The notes under the pieces: generated by a model | Databases searched by the model: none | Seen by the model: only the letters and a program-made list of their open reading frames with translations | Told to the model about the DNA's origin: nothing | In this document: positions 1 through 13,096 of the stretch, one piece after another | Numbering within the stretch: position 1 is the first letter of the stretch | How the letters are laid out: each line of letters starts with the position of its first letter | DNA from: Botryllus schlosseri | Lineage: Eukaryota | Direction of reading: 5' to 3' | Assembly (NCBI GenBank): GCA_051294905.1 | Contig: CM119371.1 | Coordinates: 21,516,001 to 21,580,000, forward strand | Length of the DNA stretch: 64,000 nucleotides | Program-made: the position numbers and the translations under genes

Positions 1-1225
1 GTAGCATTTTTGGGGTTGATGGTCTTCCCCATCAGATCACCCGTTCCGTACCAATGATTTACATCAGGGTTGACCAACCTATACGGCCGCGGAGTAATGC
101 TTGTGTGACCGTCGTCACATAATTGGATTAGCTGGTCTTGGCAACCGTAAACATGCAATTTGAAATACCAAATTGGATCCCGATTTTTGAAGGATATTAA
201 TTCAACTTCAATTTTTTTTTCGCAGTTCACGCGATTCCGGGTGCTAATTATTTTTTGTTATGAATAGATTAATGTCCTTCTCATCTGTGCCATATCGTAT
301 AAATGTGAACCGCAGATGAAAAGGATGCGGCACATAAAGAGATAATATTTTGGAACCGTGTGCGTCTCACGAATGAATGTTTTTCTATTGCATTTGGTCA
401 AATCCGCTATATATTTTGACCATCGAAGTTTTAGGTCACGAAACAACCACATGCAACAAAGTGATTAATAAAACCGGATGATACATCATAATTAATTTTG
501 TGATGACAATTTTCGATGACTCCCCATCCATAACCTCTACCTGTAACTCTGATCACGTGTGCTGAGAATGGATAAATAGGATTGAAATATGAGCAACTGC
601 CGATATCATCGACGAAAGACGCATTTTGCGCGCCGTGCGAATCGACAACGAGTGCCATTACCTTTGCATACCATCATGACTCGCGATTTTTGTGTGAAAA
701 GTGAGCTTAACAGGGCGTTCTACTTCTACACTTGGAAACATTTATGCGCAAGATATTTAACGAGAAAAGAGTGTGGGCACGGAACCCCACAAGGACTGTC
801 AGCGTTGCGAAGTCCCCCGGTATAGCCAACTTATCGTGCATATTGAGGTACACCCCCGTCTAGATGTGCCATCACGACTGTCAGCTGCAATGTGGCCTTA
901 GGTAATCTAAATGCGGACGTGAGTAGCTAAAATGTTGCACACTGGCGTGTTTTCTATGGTTCCATCTATACCACCGTATCCGTCGACTCTATTGGGTGCA
1001 AATCGTCTGTAGGCTCACACTAGATGATTTTTCCGCAAGTGTTTTCGTGACTATGGGATAATTAGACAACGTTTGAATAAAAAACATTTTTTAAAGGCGT
1101 AAAAGTGTTTTAAAACACCGTTTGTCTTAAATGCAGCTGTAGCAATAATCTATGCTGCTACTCATAAGTGATATGAATCAAATGTTGAAAAATATATACG
1201 TTCACGTTGTACGGTGTTCTCATCA

Positions 1226-1250
1226 TCTCTCTCTCTCTCTCTCTCTCTCT
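1226..1250. repeat. (TC)n microsatellite
   Basis: Perfect TC dinucleotide run. Confidence 0.95.
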
Positions 1251-1474
1251 ACAATTCATCATTAGCAACGAGGGTAATATAGATGTATTACATTCAGCAC
1301 GTTATATAGACTACATCTATTTGTAGAGCTTCTTGTAGTCACAGAACTTTATTAATTGTTCGATATGAATATACTACGTTTATGTCGTCAGGTATCAATG
1401 ATGAATGTGCGCCAGTTTATTTGAACCGTCACTGAAAAGAGTTTATGCAATCTAATTACACATTTTATACTAAG

Positions 1475-1780
1475 GTTATGGCTGCCACGCATTACGATCC
1501 TAAAATACTCGAAGAAAAGTACAAGAAACGGCTGGACGAAGGATATGAAGAAATGCACAAAGAGGTCACTGATGGCCTTAAAATTATACGCGATATTAAA
1601 GACTCGGTGTATGTGAGAGCAAAAGTGGAAGAAAGTCTGAAAAGGGTCTTGAAACAGAATGAAGCAAGCAAAGGTGGCGTCATAGATGAAGCAGTAGAGA
1701 ATATCCCAATCCAAGAAACCAAAAATATTTTTAAAAGGTTTCAGAGTTATGTCAAGTCTGTTTTTAAAAAGAAACAGTAA
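1475..1780 (+). CDS. Probable 3'-terminal coding exon of a gene starting left of the window; charged helical protein (VMAATHYDPKILEEKY...KKKQ*)
   Basis: Branch-like ctaat at 1452 and acceptor ..tttatactaag ending at 1474 (phase 0). 101 open codons with natural K/E-rich helical composition, then TAA. AATAAA at 2110-2115. Confidence 0.7.
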   Translation, partial: VMAATHYDPKILEEKYKKRLDEGYEEMHKEVTDGLKIIRDIKDSVYVRAKVEESLKRVLKQNEASKGGVIDEAVENIPIQETKNIFKRFQSYVKSVFKKKQ

Positions 1781-2299
1781 TCGGATCGAACTATATTTAT
1801 TGTAAATTGCATTATTTCAACAGACAGCATACCTATTACTCAATTTGTAATCTAGGTAATCCCTTTGTAAGCAACCGTGTTGCTATTTGAAATGATGAGA
1901 CGCAGTTTAACAGTATCAGTCTCTGTAATTATATTGGGCATGCGTGTATGTTGTGCGTATGCTATAATGCGTCGAATTGGATTACAAACATGCTCTGATT
2001 CTTCATTAGTTTTACGATATGCGTATGTTGATTTCAAGATATTTATAGCACCTTAATTTTGGGCAGTCAATTACTATACTACCATAGATGTGATCGCTTA
2101 TATATTCTGAATAAATGAGTAATTACCAGACGTGATCAGTAACAAAGTAGGCTACTCAGTACAGTACTCAAGTATAGGTCATCAGGATGAAATCACCTTT
2201 CATCACAGCGACCCAAGATATTTTCGAAAATTGCACTAAGTTGCGGTATTGATCATTTACGTTAGTCCTGAAGATGCATCCAGAAATTTTAAAACTAGC

Positions 2300-3010
2300 C
2301 ATCACCGCTAAGCATGAGTAACAGTTTCGCCATGCCCACTAAGTGACCACACATTTCTCTGTGGCTGGCTCTAAATATCTCATGGCAGGCCTTGCAATAT
2401 GTATATTTATTTCTCTCTGACGATTGCTCTATTTGAAATACATTTAAAAAGGGCCTTTGCACGAACTGAATCAGAACAATATATATAGATAAAATGGGGA
2501 GAACCGACAACGAGAAAAATACGTGATTCGGCAAGGGGCATCGGTTAAATCGTCAATGTCAAAAGGTGGTAAGGATTGATTTGATAGAACTTGCTTAGGA
2601 GTGAAGACAACTGCTGTGGATGTGAATGAGGATGTCCGATATTCATTGACATGTATCTCCACATATATTAGGGTGATTTACAATTAAGATTAAGAGCAGA
2701 ATCATTTGCGAAGGTAAGACATAGCGTAAATTTGATTCACTGTAAAAACGGCTCGTTCGTTGCCAAAGTTTTCAAACGTAGGCAAGATAGTTTCCGCTAG
2801 CAACATCTTGGTAAAATACTTGAGAAAGCAGCTGAGTAAGCTTGGCAAAGCTTTGGGAGTTCGTTTTCTTAGTTTGGATTTGCTAGTCAAGCGGTGGTAG
2901 CCTATAGATTTATTTGAAGCTTCTTGAAAGTGGTGATAACCGGACGTAGACAATGTGAATGTGTCTGATATCAGACGGAATGTATAAATAGACCATATTT
3001 CCACAACAAT
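2300..3010 (-). pseudogene. Highly degenerate LINE reverse transcriptase fragment
   Basis: Minus-strand translation LPSLLSCFLKYFTKMLL...VFTVNQIY..LRK resembles the RT motif RPISLLS.FSK.FEK...NQYGFRK. Broken into short frames. Confidence 0.35.
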
Positions 3011-5163
3011 AGTGTTTCAGTATACCTTGGGAATCACTTTGCTAATTTTTATTGCAAATAAATTTGAGATCTTTCCTCAACTTCACCTTTCAGTAGTCTA
3101 ACTACCTCAGTAAACTTCTTCCAGCTATAGAGACCGGAACGATTGCTGTGCACTGTGTGCAGTTATTACAAGGGACCTTCTAATTTTCTTGTTCTCAGTA
3201 CTAATTCCGGCTATCCGTGTGCCCGACGGAATAGATTATGCAACCGAAGAACCAAGTATACATAGAAAAGGCTTTTCTAAATACCAGTGGCGGCTCATTC
3301 TATTGGGCATTGTGGCATTGACCCACATATAACCCCGTAATATACCAATATTACCACCAATTCACGTTATAGACGTAGGACAGGGAATTTAGAGAAGTTG
3401 TGGTTTCGCTTGCAAATGCGTTGCCGGACATCCATATTCTGGCGAATTTGAAAATTGCTACAATCTACTGTACCTGCTGATTAGCAATGGCGACTTTGAA
3501 TTTGTAGTATTATTCGTCCACCTGTGCATTCGATTTTTCTTGTCACCCTGAAAACTAAGGTTTTCCAGATCTTTTTACACCGTGCCCACTTCGCAAAGTT
3601 TTGAAACATTTTAATTAAGGGGTTCCTTGATGGTAATGAACTTCATCTCACAGACTTGCAAAAACGGACAGAGCTTCAATATACATTTGAATAATATATT
3701 TATATTGAAATGACCCCGAATATTTTTGGCATACACTTGCCAGGGGTAATCGTCAGCAACTATCGGAGAATTGGAAAAACATTGTATACCCACCCAAAAA
3801 TCGTATCTCAAAATATGACGTCACCAGCATGAAATTTTGGATGAGAGAGCGTTCGATATACTATTTTTAGAAAGTACATGAACTCATATTGAAGACACTG
3901 CCTTGACTGGTGTATTTTGATAAAAGTCGACGCCAAGGCTTATCGAAATAACATGGACTATCAACAATCGTATCACCGAATATGACGACACCAGCACGAA
4001 ATCGGATAACAGATACGTGAAACGAGCACCGGGTTTATTCTGAGTTCAGCAACTGCTCCCAAAACTGAAGTTACACGCGTGAAAACTCAAAGTTTTCTTG
4101 AATGTTACGTACATTTGGCGTTGGGCATTTATGCTGCGCGTGTTGCGCATGTGGATTAGGGATAGTTGGCTGAGAGCGTGGATGAAGATGCATGCGACTG
4201 AGTATGTCTCTATGTTGCTAACGTGAATTATTATAAGTAATAGGAACAGTGGTATATGAAGTGGTAGTAGTAGTATTAGGCTGTTAGGGCGTGAGGTAGC
4301 GGAAGGTGGTATCGTGAATATTTTTAAATCCCAAAGGAATAAATATGCATCGCTTCGATGATTTAGTAGTGTCATATCTTCCACAATCCTGATTTGGTTT
4401 GATTTCTCCAGGGTCGCCGTCGTTGTGACAAAATGACGAGTTTCCTAAATTTTCTAACCCGAATAAATTAACATCTCTACATTTCGATCGTGTTTTAGAT
4501 GGGTATATATCGTCTATTTTCTTTGAAATTAGTACACAGGTTAGTCAGGCCAGTTATTAGTAGCCCTGTATTCAATTTTAGGCGAAGGAAAGCGATTCTG
4601 AATTTATTTGGGGATTTTGCTCTGAAGAGATGATTAGGCACATTAGGACAATTTAGACGAGGCGCAAAGGTCCATTAATAAAGGCAAATTTTACAAAATA
4701 TGTAAAAATAAGCTGAAAAGTGGGCAGAAGCAAGATTGTCACCGACATTCGATTAGAAAAGGCTCTTCTGAAATGTTACGTAATAAATCAGTGGCTCGTA
4801 CCAGGGAGATATCCTCCTTAGGATCAATTTTGAATTTTAGGGGGGAAATTTACTCCAGAATTGTAACGGATTTACCAAATTTATCATATCCGAGCTAGTA
4901 AGTATTCATCACAGTCACAGTCATAACAAATCACAGTTCATATGGCTAAAAAAAATCGGAACTATACTATCGTAAGCTAGCATTCTAGCAGCATAGCAAG
5001 TGTTCAAATAAGAAAAATTGGTTCTTGAATTTACAGCGTACAATAGAGCTGTATGCAACATTACTGCCAACTATGAACGCATTCGCTACAGCATTATTGA
5101 AGATTATTGTCCCGAAATATTCCCAGATCCTTCGCTTTTCTATACTTTCAATCATGTTACGAA

Positions 5164-5245
5164 CAATGTTCCCTCTGATTTTTCACGAGTCTGCGCAAAC
5201 ACACCATCTCACTTCGCGTTCCCTTGGATAAGAAAACGTGACACT
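5164..5245. mobile_element. Left-end fragment of the CAATGTTCCCTCT hAT MITE family
   Basis: Matches the start of 15372-15632; no intact right end found. Confidence 0.6.
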
Positions 5246-5535
5246 AGACGTGCGTTTGTGTTGTGCACTCGAGGCACATGATTGATAGAATCAAATTACA
5301 GCATTTACATTTCGTTTTATTATACGACAACTGACAATCACAATTTGAGTAAAGAAGGGGAACTACGCTTTTATCCTGATGCTGTCTCAACTTGAAGTAA
5401 GTCTTAGATTTACATTCTAGAAGATATTGGAATCTCCTAAACGCACAGGAAATAAATTTCATTCGTGAAAAGCACAGGATTACAAGTTGGTATTTTTATA
5501 TAGGGCGCATCATTTTTCTCTGCTGTTCGCATCTG

Positions 5536-5809
5536 ATGTTGTTGTGTTTCATATCCATGGTGTTTCGGCTACATTGGTCATTTTACACCAGGCCGCCATT
5601 CTTCATTATCATTCCGTATTTACCGACTTGTAGCAAGGTTTACTTCTGGGCTTTTTTAGACGCCGCTTACCCGGATCAGATGTCGAGGAGGAACCTAGAT
5701 GGATCTCCAACAATTAGGTAGAAGTTCTGAAGTCGGCCACAGTAAGACTCGAACCCGCAATCCATTCGTGTTGCAGTTGTGGAACGTAGAGCTACGCTAT
5801 CTCGCCTCC
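5536..5809 (-). mobile_element. Full-length tRNA-derived SINE (~274 bp)
   Basis: 11-bp TSD GTTCGCATCTG at 5525-5535 and 5810-5820. Minus-strand head GGCGAGATAGCGTAG (A-box-like) and GGTTCGAGTC (B-box). 3' hairpin TGGTGT..ACACCA and CAA-like tail. Homologues at 36260-36396 and 40841-42014. Confidence 0.85.
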
Positions 5810-6711
5810 GTTCGCATCTGTACTTCTGCGGTGTGTGGCTCAGATTGCAAGGGGCGCTACTATATTGAAATCGAAAAATGAAATCGCATTGAATCGCGCA
5901 ATGCGTGAAGCAAATTTAGTTAGGTAAAAACGAGAGTTAATTCGCAATGTCAATTTGTTTGTCGACGACAACAGATACATACTAATTGAATTAAATGCGA
6001 CGGCCGCAGTAAAGTCCTTCTCACGGCCACAGGTTGGCCTCCCCTGGTTGCAGGCCTACTGCGTTTAAACACTGATGTGACGTCCTAATACCCGCAATGC
6101 ACTCATTGCTATCAAGACATACAGTAAAATTTAAAATACAAATGTTGAAGAGTGACAGAAGCAAGAATTATGTGAGCGTATGACCTTATCAATGGAAATC
6201 CGATTTCTGCCAAATGCGAAATTATAGTATAAATTTGCTTTGGTGCAAATGTTACCAGTCTGCTCAGCACCGACCAACTTAATTGGAATATGGAACACTA
6301 TCGTTCAAACGAATCGAATTTAATCAGAATTTTGCTGCTGAGAAGCTGATATAATTCAACGCCCTACACTAAGGGAATGGTATGGTATGGTATGGATCGA
6401 TATTTTGGTATGGAATTTGGAACAATGCAAGTATGGTATGGAATGGAAGATTTTTATCTATGGTATGAAACGACATTTCCATACTTCCATACTTTGATGT
6501 TTTATATATTTTATCGTGATCTGTGCAATCTTCAGGAAGTGTACGCTGTTCGCTGTTCACAGAATACGATCGCTTTTGTTATGTGTGAACGTGAGCTATT
6601 GAACGCTGTGTAGGAACAAATACACGTTTGTGCAACGGTTTTAGGAGCATTTGGAATGACATGATTTTGTGATGTAATAATGACAACAACAGTAATGTTG
6701 ATCCTATATTC

Positions 6712-8152
6712 CAGCGGTTCTCAACCGGGGGTCCGCGGACCCCCAGGGGTCCACGAAGCAATTTCAGGGGGTTCGCGAGACCTCTATATTTTTAAAATGG
6801 TTGATAAACTAATTTTTATTTTATTTTTTAATTTGAGAAAGCATAAGGCAGTTTCGCACCACAAATGCTAAAACCTCATGACTCATATCATCATGATAAT
6901 CGTCTGACATGAACTATCGTAGTGTTGAAAATCATTTTCATTGGCAATTTTTCAATAACCTGCTGATACAAACATATTATTGCTGTTTAGAGACGTTTTG
7001 CTTGGGTTTGTGAAAAAAATAAAAATATGGAGATAACGTCAATCAGGGTAACTTCGTAATGTCTGCGAAACCTTCTCGATGTGAAGTTGTCAGTCTCATA
7101 AAATTAGTGAACAGTCGTTTGAAATAAAAATTTCTGAAGTATTTCCCTAATTTGTCCCAATGCAGGGATTGAAACCTCGCCACGAAATCGATTTTATCCT
7201 GTGTTATACATAACCAGTATTTGAACAGCTTCTCGGAGGTACAAGTAGTATATTCATATTGAAATGAACCCGAGTATTTTCGGTTGACACTCGTCATAAA
7301 TCATACAATGATATACCTGCCCTTAAAGCTCGGCTATCAGATTTGGTACATTCTTTTTGCGGATTCCCTATCGACAAGGCTGTTTTTTTTTATGAACAAG
7401 GAGTGTTTCGTTGCTATCAAAGCATTACGCTCCATCCCTGAAATTCATATCACCAGTTATATTGGTATGCAGCCTTGTCTTGTTAATGTTCAATTGTTCA
7501 TGGTCGAAAATGTTTGCTCGTAAATGTATATGTAAACCCGAACATAACAAGTCGTTTCCTGACAGCCTTTCTGAGGTTGGAAAAACTTGGATTCATTCTT
7601 TGGCGCATAAAATTTGTCTATACTTTTAGATTCGGATTTCACTTCGACGGTAGAAACTCTCTGCGGCTCGTGATCCGTATGTTACCCGTCCCGGCGCTAG
7701 ATGCTGGACGTGATATGTTCATAAAATATATGTTTCTTCATTTTGGTGCCATAAATATATTTCGATCACACCAAAATTATCGTCGGAAGCGTTATGCGTT
7801 AATATTGCATAAGCCTGCGGAAATGCGGAAATGGGAAATGCGGAAATGGTTTTCGGCACTCCTCGTTCATATCAAAACTATGACGCGGATTTTCAAGACA
7901 CGACGACGTACTTCAAGAAATACAGCAGCAAAATTATCTTTGAAATAATAAAAGTCTACCCATTTCAACATAAATGGTATAAGGTTATTTTCAAGAAAGA
8001 TCATTATTTTGCTGTTTATCACAAGCTTTTGCACAAGGCAGATGAGGTTTGCACCATAATAGAGCTAATATTGAACTAAAACTTGAGGGGGTCCGCGTGG
8101 GTCCGTGACCGTCAAAAGGGGTCCGCGAAGCCAAAAAGGTTGAGAACCACTG
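6712..8152. mobile_element. hAT (Charlie/Buster-type) MITE
   Basis: TIR CAGCGGTTCTCAACC / GGTTGAGAACCACTG. Perfect TSD CTATATTC. GGGGTCCGCG subterminal repeats. Confidence 0.95.
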
Positions 8153-8631
8153 CTATATTCTATTGAGTCTAGACGCGACGTCTCCGAGCATAGTATATCA
8201 TGTGACGCAATAATTGGCAGTGTAGGCTACTCCGACTACGTCATTCCTTGAGTGACGACAGCTTACAAGCAATCATGCATGATGCAACGAACTAAATGCT
8301 CAATATGATTGACAATTACATTTCTTCTGAAGCACTGTCCGCACATTTATAGTATATTTACATACCGAGATATGTTATTGGTCATATTTCAAACGCTCTC
8401 GCATTAGGGTTATAGATCAGGGAGTGGAGTAGATATAGTTTGAAATTCTCGCCACGCTAATCCCAAACAAATACTGTACTAATAATCACGCAGATTGCTG
8501 CAGTATTGATCGCCTTCAGCTGGGATATTTTATGAACTCGCCTATATTATAAATTATTGTGCGATTAGTTACTTCAAACTTGCATGTGTCTCGTATCAAT
8601 GTACCGGAAATGCGATGATATTCTTGTGGAG

Positions 8632-9451
8632 CAGGGGCGGGTAACTTCTTCAGTTGGCGGGCCGGATATAGGAAAATTAGGAACTTGGCGGGCCGGATTG
8701 CTGGATAGATAAATTATTCGCCCATACAAGGAATAAATTGTATTTAATGAATGTATTTTATCGACATCAATCTCACTTCAAAGCCACTTCTCGCCGATAA
8801 TGACAATACAATATGGATTTGAGAACAGCATTGTCGTACAGGCGCCGCAATGTCTGCTTCTCTCTGATCAACTAACTCACGGTGCAATCCTTAGAGTGGA
8901 GGCCAAAAAGCCGAGTAAAAACATCCTGTATTTTCGCTCAATCTGCCAGTTCCAAGATCTCCCGATTTAGAAATATATGATCCGCACGCCAAAACATTGG
9001 ATGTTCGTGCGAAGGTAGTAGACCTACGAATTCAGGATGTAGGACGCTATTGCGTCAAAATGACGCAAAATGAAGTGATCCGTGGAAGGATGCCATGTCA
9101 ACCCATCGACTTCGTTGTAAATTAAAATTTCAAACGTTTGATAAGCCCGGCACCCAAAATTTACCAAGATATCAATTCATTAGGGTTGAGTTCTTCGTAA
9201 ATGCCGATGATGCAAGTCTTCTCGCTTCGACGAACTTACGCGTAAGCTCCACTCTCGCACGCTGCGCAGTGCGCACATCTATATAATAACATACAGTCAC
9301 TAAAATTTGACGTTTAGGCAAGTAGTGGTAAATCTCGGCAGACTGGGTCCGTGGGCCACATTATCATGTAAGACGGGAAATTGCCCGCGGGCCGGACAAA
9401 ATCTTGTTGCGTGCCGCATCCGGCCCGCGGCTCGTATGTTGCCACTCCCTT
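8632..9451. mobile_element. hAT (Charlie-type) MITE
   Basis: CAGGGGCGGGTAAC / GTTGCCACTCCCTT ends. GCGGGCCGGA subterminal motifs. Degenerate TSD TTGTGGAG/TTATGGAC. Confidence 0.8.
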
Positions 9452-10616
9452 TTATGGACGGTCCTAGATAATAATCAGCTGACTATCTCATTTTTCTCGT
9501 GGAAGCTGTTGAGTAGACGCACACGGCACCTCACCACTGTGAACTAAACCTCACCAAAACAGACTCTGTAAAACTATTACCAAGAATTAGATTCGCATCA
9601 TGGGCATCATGGCCCATTTGAGCAATAATGACATCCGAAATATCAATAATATAGGTGCTATAAAAGGTACTATACTTATGATATTGAAGTATTTGAAAGT
9701 ATGGAATATGTATCAAGTATGGTATGAAACAATGTTGGTATGGAATGGAAAATTGCAAGTATGGTATGGAGAGAGTAAGGCAAGTATGGAGTATGGAAAA
9801 TTCTCGTTCCATACCATACCATACCATACCATGCCCTGCCTACACTGCACAGTTGAAGCATTTCACGTTCAACGTTTACAAAGCCCTGTTGATTAACTAA
9901 CTGTTATGCGCATCAATGAATTTAAATTCGCAGACATATACACGATAGCACACTGTCACGTTTCGAACTACGATTGAACAGACTAACATGAAAATCACTC
10001 ACGAATTATTTTGAACACGGGAATGCGACGCTCATGGGTGCAGATACCATACAATTTAGATAAGAGGAATGTGAACTTGCTCGTCCGATATAGAGAAGAG
10101 ATTGTGTTTCTCAGAGCATGCACTCGGGTTGAAATTGACGTTTTCACAGAAATGGCGTCGCTTTGTCTGATAACGAATTACTGGTCACAAATTAGTGATT
10201 AGCGAGCATTGGTTACGACATCCACTGTTTGAAGAGATTACTATTGCTAACACAAGCGTAGCGAACATTTAGTCAGCTGTAAACTATACGTAGTCGACAC
10301 TATAACCGACTATATTCGACATAAGTAATGATTTGTAGTTGCCTATAACGAAAGTATAGTCAGTGCAATAACACAGCAGTTCGAGAATCATATGGAGAAA
10401 CATCACATCCAGAATGTGGTAATCATTACAATGACAGTCAATTTTCTATAGTTGCTTGTGGACTTTCATTTGGAGGTTCTGTAATCTACGATCAAAAAGC
10501 TACGAAAGCCGATTCTCTACACTCTTGGAATATTTCATTAATGTTGCGTGTTTTTGTTTTGGTTATTTACAAACGAATTTGTACTCGTTAACGTTTGTTT
10601 TGTATCGTTACTACTA

Positions 10617-11239
10617 TAGGGATGGTGTGAACCTGAGTTTCGCCTTCGCGTTGTGTGTGTGAGCCTCAGAAATTATAAGGTTCGCGTTCACATACGAACC
10701 TTGGTAGGTTCTGGTGAACCTTTTTTATATAATACAACTTTCAACATGTTACAAAATCGTTGGTTCGTTTATTGTATTTCGACTGCGGGTCAATCTATGC
10801 ATGACACTGGCAGCATAAAGAAAATCAACACTAAACGAGAATGCACCTAGACAATCTCAAAATGTTAATTGCTTTGTTATAAAAGTTTACTCAAAATATC
10901 CAGCTTTCAAAGTGTGAATATTTTGTGACTTATATTCCCTGTCAAGTCCCCATCGAAATTGTTGGCAAAGCGACGGAAGATAATGATTGCCCTAATTGAT
11001 AAATTTGGCGACATTTTAAAAGTCAATATGTTCTTCAGCAGAGTGATATTATGTGACCTGAGTGGTCGCAAGGTATCGTGGACAATACCATAGGCTATCA
11101 CTATCACCTCACAGAAATGTAGGGTTGGAATTAGCGCTATGACGTCACGGGACGTCATGAGGTTCACGTTCTCGTTCACACAGAACCTTTCAAAAGGGTT
11201 CGCGTTCACACAACCTTTCAGAGGTTCCCACAATCCCCA
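10617..11239. mobile_element. hAT-like MITE (TAGGGATGG TIR, GAACCT/AGGTTC repeats)
   Basis: TAGGGATGGTGTGAACCT / AGGTTCCCACAATCCCCA inverted ends with GTTCAC/GAACCT subterminal motifs. No clear TSD. Confidence 0.65.
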
Positions 11240-11539
11240 GATTCTACGGTATCTTGCCAGTCTACTATAGTTGTTTGTTTTTGTTATTATTACGCCATAC
11301 AGACAAATAGTTCTCACATGACGAATTTCATTGACACTTTTACTGACGTTCGCTACTGATGAGAGTCAGCTGAAAGGCTTTTATCGAATAAATTACTAAT
11401 ATGAAGTTATTGTTTTCGCGTGGTAAGGAAAGTTATTCCCACACTTCCATACTTCGGCAGTCTTACCAGAACAAAGGTAATGATCCAATTTTTGATTTGT
11501 CAAATCGGTTGTATACGTAAAAAATCGTTCACTCACATG

Positions 11540-11958
11540 TAGGGTTGCAATTAAAACAAAAAGCCATTTAAAACAAACATGTTTAAAACAAGGCCCTAAT
11601 TTAAAACATGCTTTTTATTGTTTTTTATGGTTTTTTAAGCCATGACGTCACGAATTTTCAATTGGTAAATCATAGTGGGTTGACATTGACAAGTGAAAAT
11701 ACCGGGTAAAAATAGCTCCTTTGACGAAATATCCGTACTATTGCTGTTGAACCAAATATTTTGAGGGTTCCAACCATCCCATATCGATATACGCCGGCTA
11801 AATCGGGGGGTAATTGACCGTGGGCTCATACAACAAGTTTTTTTTAAAGTATTTACGCAATTACGGCATAATTTTATAACTTAAAAAATACACAATTTTT
11901 TTTTAAAGGTCGTTTTTAAAAAGTTTTTAAAACACCGTTTGTTTTAAATGCAACTCAA
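11540..11958. mobile_element. hAT MITE, TAGGGTTGCA family
   Basis: TIR TAGGGTTGCA / TGCAACTCAA. TSD CTCACATG/CTCACAGA. Second copy at 53163-53519 and a 3'-end remnant near 1080-1138. Confidence 0.85.
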
Positions 11959-12594
11959 CTCACAGACCCATGTTCATTTTCGAAATTGTGACATACAGAC
12001 TCACCCAGCCCGTCGCCAACTGTTTAAAGGTAAAAAAGCTGTGCAACTCGCATATATGAAGTAAAATCATATTTTTGATAAATATTACGATATGAATATC
12101 ATTAAAGGGAGTGATGTTCGGATGCTGTTGAAGTACAGCTTGCATTTCGCTCATCGACATTGGATCCGCTGTCGCAAAACGCGTAATGATTTTAGCGATA
12201 TAAAATTGTATGATGATGATGAACGATACCTTTTTTATGTAATTTTGTAGATTGTATCTCCATATTAGCCTACTGTTGCTAGCAGTGCTTTGCCACACTA
12301 GTTTCGCGTGTCATGAGATATTGTTTTGATTCCCAATCTCAAATATTCCCATATATATTTCACGTTCCATTTTAGGCAATCTATATGGTCGACACATGAC
12401 GCAAAGACATTGGGGATAAAATTGATGCATCAGGGCTGTGTAAATGAATAAACAATCGGTATATAGCCTACACGTTGGAACATTTCCAGAAATCAAATAT
12501 ACAAAATATGATCTTAGATGTTGGGCAACTGCGAAAGAATGTAAAAAGTATTAAATAAGGTACGGAAGAATGTTGCTGTGGTCTTGAACGATTG

Positions 12595-12662
12595 AGACGG
12601 GTATGACGTGTATGGAAATTTCCCATTCCATACCATACTGCACTATACCATACCATGTCCTG
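12595..12662. mobile_element. Right-end remnant of the (ATGGT)n hAT family
   Basis: ..CCATACCATGTCCTG terminus, as at 9838. Confidence 0.65.
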
Positions 12663-13096
12663 GATACAAACTATTTGAAGTATAGTATGTTATATGGACC
12701 GAATAACGGGATACCGGAATTACTTATATGCTATCTCTAAAAATAAACATTCAACTATTCCTTACACCCCACCCAAATGTTACCGTTCAAAAACACAATG
12801 TTCTACTGCTAACGTTTGAGCGCGACAGAGATTCTCAACTTTTTTAGCTTTTGGACCCAAGAAATCAAAATTATCTTAACAATAACGATACCGCAAAATT
12901 GCAACTGCAATATTAACAAGGAATGTAACTCCTAATTTAACTGGGTATTTTCTGCTAACTTTTTACATTAGACGTGTTATAGGCAATGTGTGGTTTTATT
13001 CGCGTTTTGGGGAGGCAAAGTCCTGATCAATCAGCAGTCGGGATTTCGACTGTTGGGTACATCTTGAAGTATGTGCGACTTTACTGTTTTCTAGAC

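Larger units (their letters stand above)
6371..9838. mobile_element. Non-autonomous hAT element with (ATGGT)n subterminal repeats, hosting two nested MITEs
   Basis: Ends AAGGGAATGGTATGG.. / ..CCATACCATGCCCTG. Perfect 8-bp TSD CCTACACT at 6363-6370 and 9839-9846. Confidence 0.9.

Noticed and set aside
65..6046. Single hAT element capturing the 1475-1780 exon
   Set aside because: The ends are of related type, but the flanks (ATTTACAT vs GTTGCAGG) are not a TSD. They are more likely separate remnants.
6377..12656. MVWYG... ORFs as a small-protein family
   Set aside because: They are translations of the (ATGGT)n subterminal repeats of a MITE family.
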